Assembly: GCA_964645875.1 (NCBI GenBank)
Contig: CAZYCX010000004.1
Coordinates: 1-55,508 of the forward strand
Length of the DNA: 55,508 nucleotides
Direction of reading: 5' to 3'
From: an uncultured Acidimicrobiaceae bacterium
Lineage (GTDB): Bacteria > Actinomycetota > Acidimicrobiia > Spongiisociales > ZC4RG35
The translations under genes were made by a program, and so were the position numbers. The notes beneath the pieces are model-generated. The model had not been told where the DNA came from and made no database searches. It saw only the letters and a program-made list of their open reading frames with translations. This document shows, piece after piece, positions 55,490 to 55,508 of this stretch. Within the stretch, counting starts at the first letter, position 1, and the number at the start of each line of letters is the position of its first letter.

Positions 55490-55508
55490 GTGAGCCAGCA
55501 AGTAACCA
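55490..55508 (+). CDS. Possible start of a divergent gene cut by the window edge (MSQQVT...)
   Basis: GTG preceded by AAGGA, 23 nt from the palindrome; too short to identify. Confidence 0.3.

Noticed and set aside
1-55508. CRISPR arrays, transposases/integrases, prophage or defence genes, rRNA/tRNA
   Set aside because: None recognised. Nearly all the sequence is accounted for by housekeeping, transport and regulatory genes.

Overview
This is high-GC chromosomal DNA from an actinobacterium. WhiB, GlnR-like and RegX3-like genes support that; Acidimicrobiia-like and a saline habitat are inferences from gene style and very acidic lipoproteins. It is densely coding, with about 58 genes. In order: three adjacent amino-acid ABC importers, a GNAT, dxs, pstSCAB-phoU with a RegX3/SenX3(PhoR)-type pair, an Lnt homologue with an altered catalytic triad, an aquaporin-type arsenic operon, ppk1, TetR, WhiB, glnA-glnR, a transsulfuration enzyme, ALDH7/RidA, Fe-S carriers (A-type, Mrp), RDD, an M23 peptidase, MBL/NUDIX, selA-selB, a second WhiB, NfeD, a Ni/Co ECF transporter with a divergent Fur/Nur regulator, CBS-BON, a CPA2 antiporter, two CNNM/CorC proteins, an ABC-permease remnant and YnfA. 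The window ends in a tightly coupled MerR-prfC(RF3)-small zinc-finger operon. I saw no rRNA, tRNA, CRISPR or transposase. Best leads: (1) the MerR-RF3 operon with two paralogous HCCC mini-proteins and a 4xCxxC protein; (2) a 53-bp palindromic element family with fixed ends and geometry but a variable core; (3) the Q-K-S Lnt; (4) a probable ATT start codon; (5) a leaderless uORF/attenuator before the antiporter; (6) a candidate intergenic sRNA. All calls come from motif recognition by eye; no searches were run.
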